Positions 27,601-32,352 of a DNA stretch of 32,352 nucleotides are shown piece by piece. This DNA is from Patescibacteria group bacterium. GTDB lineage: Bacteria; Patescibacteriota; Minisyncoccia; Moranbacterales; UBA1568. Each line of letters opens with the position of its first letter. Position 1 is the stretch's first letter. The notes under the pieces were generated by a model. The model ran no database searches. It saw only the letters and a list, made by a program, of their open reading frames with translations, and had not been told where the DNA came from. The stretch is taken from assembly GCA_030916545.1 (NCBI GenBank), contig JAUPWI010000033.1:1-32352 (forward strand), written 5' to 3'. Position numbers and translations under genes: made by a program.

Positions 27601-27618
27601 GTTTTTCGTTCACATGAC

Positions 27619-27930
27619 TTATGCGATGCGCGCATTCGGTCCGAACATACGAAGCAGATGGGCTGATTCTTCCCTGAGCGGGCCTTCGTTGGCATACTCG
27701 CCGTGATGGCGGGTGTCCTCACCGTAGGTTTCACGTTTCTGGTCAAGGTGGAAGTTCACGAGAAAATCACCGTTTTCGGTCTTGACGTAGGCATGGAAGC
27801 GCGGATAGCCCGCTCGGGCGAGCGGCCGGATAAAGCTCTGTTCGCCGTTTTCCGCCCGTTGGAATATATAGCCCGCTCGGCGCATGAGCGAGACGGAATT
27901 TTCGCTCGGATGAGGGATGATGATCTTCAT
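27619..27930 (-). CDS. Small conserved-looking hypothetical protein
   Basis: 103 aa with RRAGY, YPRFHAYV, HLDQK and HHGEY motifs; resembles a small family I associate with CPR genomes. Extended -10 just upstream. Confidence 0.75.
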   Translation of the reverse strand: MKIIIPHPSENSVSLMRRAGYIFQRAENGEQSFIRPLARAGYPRFHAYVKTENGDFLVNFHLDQKRETYGEDTRHHGEYANEGPLREESAHLLRMFGPNARIA

Positions 27931-28050
27931 AGAGGGGAGAGAATATCACTGTCGGAACACCGGGAATCGAACCCAGACTTCACGCACCCGAAGCGCGCGT
28001 ACTACCACTATACTATGCTCCGCACATTGAGATGATGACAGCGAAATGGA

Positions 28051-29583
28051 TTATTGCACGAAGTGCTGTCGTTTGATGCCTTGGTCATCAGTACTCCGTT
28101 TTTCCTCGATTTTTTCCTTGGCAAGAGAACGGAGGTCATCGAGGTCGTGATCGAGAAGTACCGTGGCTCTGGCAAGAAGCGTTTCTCGGGTATTGATCGA
28201 TGGATCCTCGATCGTTTCCGCAAGCAACACGTCGAGAATGGCCCCGATTTTCGGGCCGGGGGCGAGCGAGCAATCCCGCATCAGGTCCTGCCCGTTTATC
28301 TTGAGCATCTTTACCGAAATCGGATCCCGAGAAACCTTGTCTATCATATACTCCAAATGGCGGAGCTTGTAGGGTTTTGCTTTGGGGACGCCCGAACCGA
28401 GTCGATCGCTGATGCGGACGTCCATGAGATCGTGCATATTCTCGAGTCCGACTTTCCTGATGAGCCGTCGGACCGATGCTTCGGTTACTTCTCCTACATT
28501 ATAGTAAAACAGGTGGTTGTCAACCAGGAGGGTCGTTTTTTCGATGATGTCTTTCGGATACCGGAGTCGCGCCAGGATAATCTTGGTCATGCGGGCGCCG
28601 ACGTGGTCGTGGTTGTAGAACGTCGAACGGTATCCGTCGCCCTGTTTGGTACGGGGTTTTCCGACGTCATGGAGAAGTGCGGCGAGTCGGACGTGTAGTT
28701 TCGGCGATGGACAGGTTTCGAGCGCGCGGAGATTGTGTTCCCAGACCGTGTAGATATGGTGGAGATTCTGTCCGACACCGATCCCTTCCTCGAGTTCCGG
28801 AATGATGTATCGGAGCAGGCCGGTCGATCGCAGGAGGTCGACACCGAAAGCTGGATTCTGAGAGAGGATGATGCGGGAAAATTCATCCCGGATGCGTTCG
28901 AGAGAGATGACATTGAGGCTTGCAGCGTATTTTTTGACGGCTTCGAGCGTCGGTTCATCGATATGCCAATTCGAGGGCGCCGTCTGCTTCTCCGGAGTAC
29001 GGAGTTCGCTCGCGAAACGGATGGCGCGCATGATGCGGAGCGCGTCTTCCTCGAAACGCTGTTCCGGGTTTCCGACCGCCCGGATGACCTTCTTTTCGAT
29101 ATCGGTCAGACCGCCGAATGGATCGATGATGGAAATTTCGGAGACGGCGGTCGGTCGGGTTTCCTGGGATGGAATCCACCGGTCGATGGATGCCGCGAGC
29201 GCATTGATGGTGAAATCGCGACGGGCGAGGTCTTCGGCAATCGTCGTGACGAAGGTGACCTGGTCCGGACGACGATGATCACTGTAGCCGGTTTCCGTCC
29301 GATAGGTCGTCACTTCGATGATGTCATGCTCGTACCGCGAGGGTGTCAGCGGGTGGAAGCGCGGGACTTTCACGCCGATGGTTCCGAAGGTGTTCTCGTA
29401 GACGTGGTCGGGAAAAATCGCCTGAATCTGTTCAGGCAAGGCGTTGGTGGTGATATCCCAGTCCTTGGGCGCGCGACCGATCAGGATATCGCGGACGCAT
29501 CCACCGACGATGTACGCCTCGAATCCGGCCTTCTTCAGACTCTCGATCGTTTCGATAACGGGGAGGGGAAGGGCGAATTCCAT
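28051..29583 (-). CDS. cca: tRNA nucleotidyltransferase (CCA-adding enzyme) with HD domain
   Basis: VGGCVRD, DWD, EVTTYR, RRDFTINA, EDALRIMRAIRF, ERIRDE and LLHDVGKP motifs. Confidence 0.93.
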   Translation of the reverse strand: MEFALPLPVIETIESLKKAGFEAYIVGGCVRDILIGRAPKDWDITTNALPEQIQAIFPDHVYENTFGTIGVKVPRFHPLTPSRYEHDIIEVTTYRTETGYSDHRRPDQVTFVTTIAEDLARRDFTINALAASIDRWIPSQETRPTAVSEISIIDPFGGLTDIEKKVIRAVGNPEQRFEEDALRIMRAIRFASELRTPEKQTAPSNWHIDEPTLEAVKKYAASLNVISLERIRDEFSRIILSQNPAFGVDLLRSTGLLRYIIPELEEGIGVGQNLHHIYTVWEHNLRALETCPSPKLHVRLAALLHDVGKPRTKQGDGYRSTFYNHDHVGARMTKIILARLRYPKDIIEKTTLLVDNHLFYYNVGEVTEASVRRLIRKVGLENMHDLMDVRISDRLGSGVPKAKPYKLRHLEYMIDKVSRDPISVKMLKINGQDLMRDCSLAPGPKIGAILDVLLAETIEDPSINTRETLLARATVLLDHDLDDLRSLAKEKIEEKRSTDDQGIKRQHFVQ

Positions 29584-29684
29584 AGGAACATGAACATGAT
29601 GTCAGGAATACGAAGGATACGCGGCGAAGAATGGAACAGGAAAGTGCGGGTCAGCCGGCCTGATGGGAAAGATGAGGGGTATCA

Positions 29685-31442
29685 TCAGAGGCTGCGTCGC
29701 TTCTCCTCTTCCTTGTAGCAGATCAGCGTATCGCCTACCTGGATTTTCATGGAGCCGTCGAAGACGACGCCGCACTCATTGCCTTGTCCGACTTCATCGG
29801 CATTTTCCTTGTTGCGCTGGAGATTGCCCATGGCACCGTTTCCGATGATCTCATCGTCGCGTTTGATTTCGAGCAGGGATCCACGCACGATTTTGCCTTC
29901 GGAGACCCGGCCGCCGACGATCATGTCACGTTTTCCGGTCTTGAACACCGCGAGGACGGACAGTCGGCCAAAATCGGTACGGATCGTTTCAGGAGGGAGC
30001 AGAGCGGACATATGGCCCTTGACCGCCTCGACCAGTTTGTAGATGATATTGAAGGTCTCGATATCGACATGGGCGTTTTCGGCCATGCGCTTGGCGACGG
30101 CGGTCGGTTCGACATTGAATCCGAGTATCATGGCGCCGGCGCTTTCGGCGAGTTTGACATCACTCTCAGTGATCGCGCCGACCCCGGAGCTGATTTCCTC
30201 GAGCACGATTTCCTCGTTTCCTACACCGGAAAGAATCTGTTCGAGTGCTTCGACCGATCCCTGGACATCGGCCTTGATGATGATCCGGAATCGCTTCACA
30301 TTCTCATCTTCTTCGGAACGGATCTTCTTGAGTGAGGTATGATCGCCCTGCTCCTGTGATTTGAGACGGGCAAGAGCCTTGCTGCTGACCACCTGGACGA
30401 TGTCATTGACAGCCGGGGGTTCATTGAAGCCGAAAATGGTAGCCGGAACCGATGGGAGAGCCGCAGCTAGGTTTCGTCCGGCGAAGTCTTCGATGCGTCG
30501 GATGCGGCCGAATGTGCCTCCGGCGATGATGTCCTGGCCGACTTTCAAGGTACCTGTGCGGATCAACACCGTCGCGACCGGACCCTTCTGTGGATCAAGG
30601 TTCGACTCGAGCACGACAGCCAGGCCGTCGCGTTTCTGGTTGGCGCGGAAATCCTCGACCTCGGCTACCAGGAGGATGCTGTCCAGGAGCTTGTCGATAT
30701 TGATATTGTTCTTCGCGCTCACGTAGTTGCAGATGACATCACCTCCCCAGTCCTCGAAAAGGATGCCGTATTCAGCTAGTTCCTGTTTGACGCGGTCCGG
30801 TTTGGCTTCCGGCTTGTCGATCTTGTTGATGGCGACGATGACGGGAATCTTCTTTTCCTTGATGAACTCGATCACTTCCTTGGTCTGGGGGCGGACGCCA
30901 TCTTCGGCCGAAACGACCAGGATGGCGATGTCCGCGATGGACATTCCACGTTTGCGCATGCCGGAAAACGCTTCATGGCCGGGAGTATCGATGAAGGTGA
31001 TCATCTTGCCGTGCTTCTTCACCTGGTACGCGCTGATGCGCTGAGTGATGCCACCGGCTTCTCCGACGGCCACGTTGGTCTTGCGTATCGTGTCGAGCAG
31101 GGTGGTCTTGCCGTGGTCGACGTGACCGAGAATGGTGACGACGGGCGCACGGGGAGCGAGCGGTTCTTCGCCTGATTGTTCGGCGGCGAGGATTTCCGGG
31201 AGATTCTCAAGCGTGATTTTGCCTTCGAGTTCCGCCTCTTCCGGTTTCGTGTCGAATCCGAGATCGGAAGCGATGACGCTCGCGGTATCGAAATCGATCT
31301 CCTCATTGATGGTGGCGATGATGCCGTTTTTCATGAGTTCGGTGATGACGGCGGATACCGGGACATGAAGCACATCCGACAGCTTTTTGACACTGACGGT
31401 TTCCGCGATAGTCACGATCTTTTTCGGTTCCGATTCGCTCAT
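29685..31442 (-). CDS. infB: Translation initiation factor IF-2 (short form)
   Basis: [40 protein letters not shown] and ECG motifs. Confidence 0.97.
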   Translation of the reverse strand: MSESEPKKIVTIAETVSVKKLSDVLHVPVSAVITELMKNGIIATINEEIDFDTASVIASDLGFDTKPEEAELEGKITLENLPEILAAEQSGEEPLAPRAPVVTILGHVDHGKTTLLDTIRKTNVAVGEAGGITQRISAYQVKKHGKMITFIDTPGHEAFSGMRKRGMSIADIAILVVSAEDGVRPQTKEVIEFIKEKKIPVIVAINKIDKPEAKPDRVKQELAEYGILFEDWGGDVICNYVSAKNNINIDKLLDSILLVAEVEDFRANQKRDGLAVVLESNLDPQKGPVATVLIRTGTLKVGQDIIAGGTFGRIRRIEDFAGRNLAAALPSVPATIFGFNEPPAVNDIVQVVSSKALARLKSQEQGDHTSLKKIRSEEDENVKRFRIIIKADVQGSVEALEQILSGVGNEEIVLEEISSGVGAITESDVKLAESAGAMILGFNVEPTAVAKRMAENAHVDIETFNIIYKLVEAVKGHMSALLPPETIRTDFGRLSVLAVFKTGKRDMIVGGRVSEGKIVRGSLLEIKRDDEIIGNGAMGNLQRNKENADEVGQGNECGVVFDGSMKIQVGDTLICYKEEEKRRSL

Positions 31443-31468
31443 AGAGTGTGATTCAGGGGGATAAGATT

Positions 31469-31972
31469 TTACGAAGGAATGATTTTCGCGGCGGCTGCTC
31501 TCAGGATGACACTTTTTTCTTCTTCGGTAAACGGGAATCCGGCGTCCTTCCCTTTTTGGATCGGTTTCGCGTAGACGCGCGTCCCTTCTCGCGTGTGCAG
31601 GGAGGAGATGACGACACCCGAATCGTCTCCGTCCAGGAGGGCGACGCTGAAGCTCTGATTGCTCCCTACTTCCTTGAAAGGATTGAAGCGTAAGACGGCG
31701 TGCTTATGAAGACCCTTGAGACTGAGCGCCCGGAGCTTTTCGAGGGCATCGAAGAGTTCCTGGATTTCTCGGTCGAGTTCCCGCGTCCGTCCGAGCTGCT
31801 CGATAAGAATTGTCTCGAGTGTCTTCGCGCTTTTGCCGGAAAAGAAGAGCGCGAGTTTCGTGTCCAAGGTACGTTGTCTGAAGAACAGAAACAGAGTCAG
31901 ACAGAAAGCGGAACCGGCCAGAACGGCACTTCCGATCGTGAGCATTCCGGAGGGTGAATCGATCTGAAACAT
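31469..31972 (-). CDS. DUF4446 family protein
   Basis: N-terminal TM helix plus RFNPF..GSNQSFSVALLD..GVVISSL..R..RVYAKPI..EE. Confidence 0.85.
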   Translation of the reverse strand: MFQIDSPSGMLTIGSAVLAGSAFCLTLFLFFRQRTLDTKLALFFSGKSAKTLETILIEQLGRTRELDREIQELFDALEKLRALSLKGLHKHAVLRFNPFKEVGSNQSFSVALLDGDDSGVVISSLHTREGTRVYAKPIQKGKDAGFPFTEEEKSVILRAAAAKIIPS

Positions 31973-32041
31973 GATGAAATACGCTTAATCGACTTGCCTG
32001 AAATGGTATCATGATTTTTCCCTTCTGTAAAGGGAAAAATG

Positions 32042-32070
32042 TTGGAAAGTTCGGCCGGAACGGCTATGAT
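32042..32070 (+). promoter_or_regulatory. Sigma70-type promoter for the HRDC gene
   Basis: TTGGAA, 17-bp spacer, TATGAT. Confidence 0.6.
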
Positions 32071-32098
32071 ACAGAGGTATCTTTTGAAGGGTATTCAT

Positions 32099-32352
32099 AT
32101 GGACGTGCGCGGAATGCTGTGGCAGTGGCGGAGAGAGCAGGCGGCACAGGAGGGCGTGGAAGTATTCCGCGTCCTGCCGAATGCGGTCTTGGAAGCGCTT
32201 TTGGCTGCCGAACCGCGGACGAAGGAAGAATTGCTTGCGATCAAGGGGATCAAGGAGGCGAAGTATCGGAAATACGGGAAGGCGATACTCGGGATACTCG
32301 CCATTTCCTCCGAGCGGAAGCCTGTTGTCGAACAGGTGGAGTCATCGACGCG
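32099..32352 (+). CDS. HRDC-domain protein, 3'-truncated (absent from the ORF track)
   Basis: Translation MDVRGMLWQWRREQAAQEGVEVFRVLPNAVLEALLAAEPRTKEELLAIKGIKEAKYRKYGKAIL matches the HRDC pattern; frame open to the window end. Confidence 0.85.
   Translation, partial: MDVRGMLWQWRREQAAQEGVEVFRVLPNAVLEALLAAEPRTKEELLAIKGIKEAKYRKYGKAILGILAISSERKPVVEQVESST

Noticed and set aside
28054-29718. Long plus-strand ORFs (214 and 327 aa) opposite cca, and similar ORFs opposite typA and infB
   Set aside because: Antisense shadows of well-supported genes in GC-rich codon usage; no recognisable motifs.

Overview
The window reads as ordinary chromosomal DNA from a small-genome bacterium, probably a Patescibacteria (CPR) member such as a Parcubacteria/Moranbacteria-like lineage. 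That assignment is an inference from the short IF-2, the DUF4446 gene, CPR-type hypotheticals and the gene-cluster layout. TGA is used as a stop, consistent with genetic code 11. The left ~10.9 kb is accessory-like: a partial GDSL esterase, a voltage-gated cation channel with a TMEGW filter, dxs, yciB, a TspO-like/DUF2177/DUF1295 membrane operon, oligopeptidase B, an NRAMP-family transporter and two diverged tandem hypothetical paralogs. typA, a DsbA-family oxidoreductase and a Xer-type recombinase follow. The centre (15.2-27.2 kb) is a co-oriented, minimal type-IV-secretion-like envelope cluster: LysM-CHAP hydrolase, VirB6-like protein, unknown protein, PrgI, an apparently split VirB4, a CPBP protease homolog lacking catalytic residues, a 22-Cys surface protein and a membrane protein. 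No relaxase or coupling protein is present in the window. The right end carries tRNA-Leu(TAG), an 80-nt hairpin with a perfect 26-bp stem, a hypothetical gene, cca, infB, DUF4446 and the start of an HRDC-domain gene. The best candidates for new biology are the T4SS-like cluster with its accessory genes, the Cav-like channel, and a typA leader carrying an exact copy of the 16S anti-Shine-Dalgarno sequence. All family calls come from motif recognition by eye; no searches were run.
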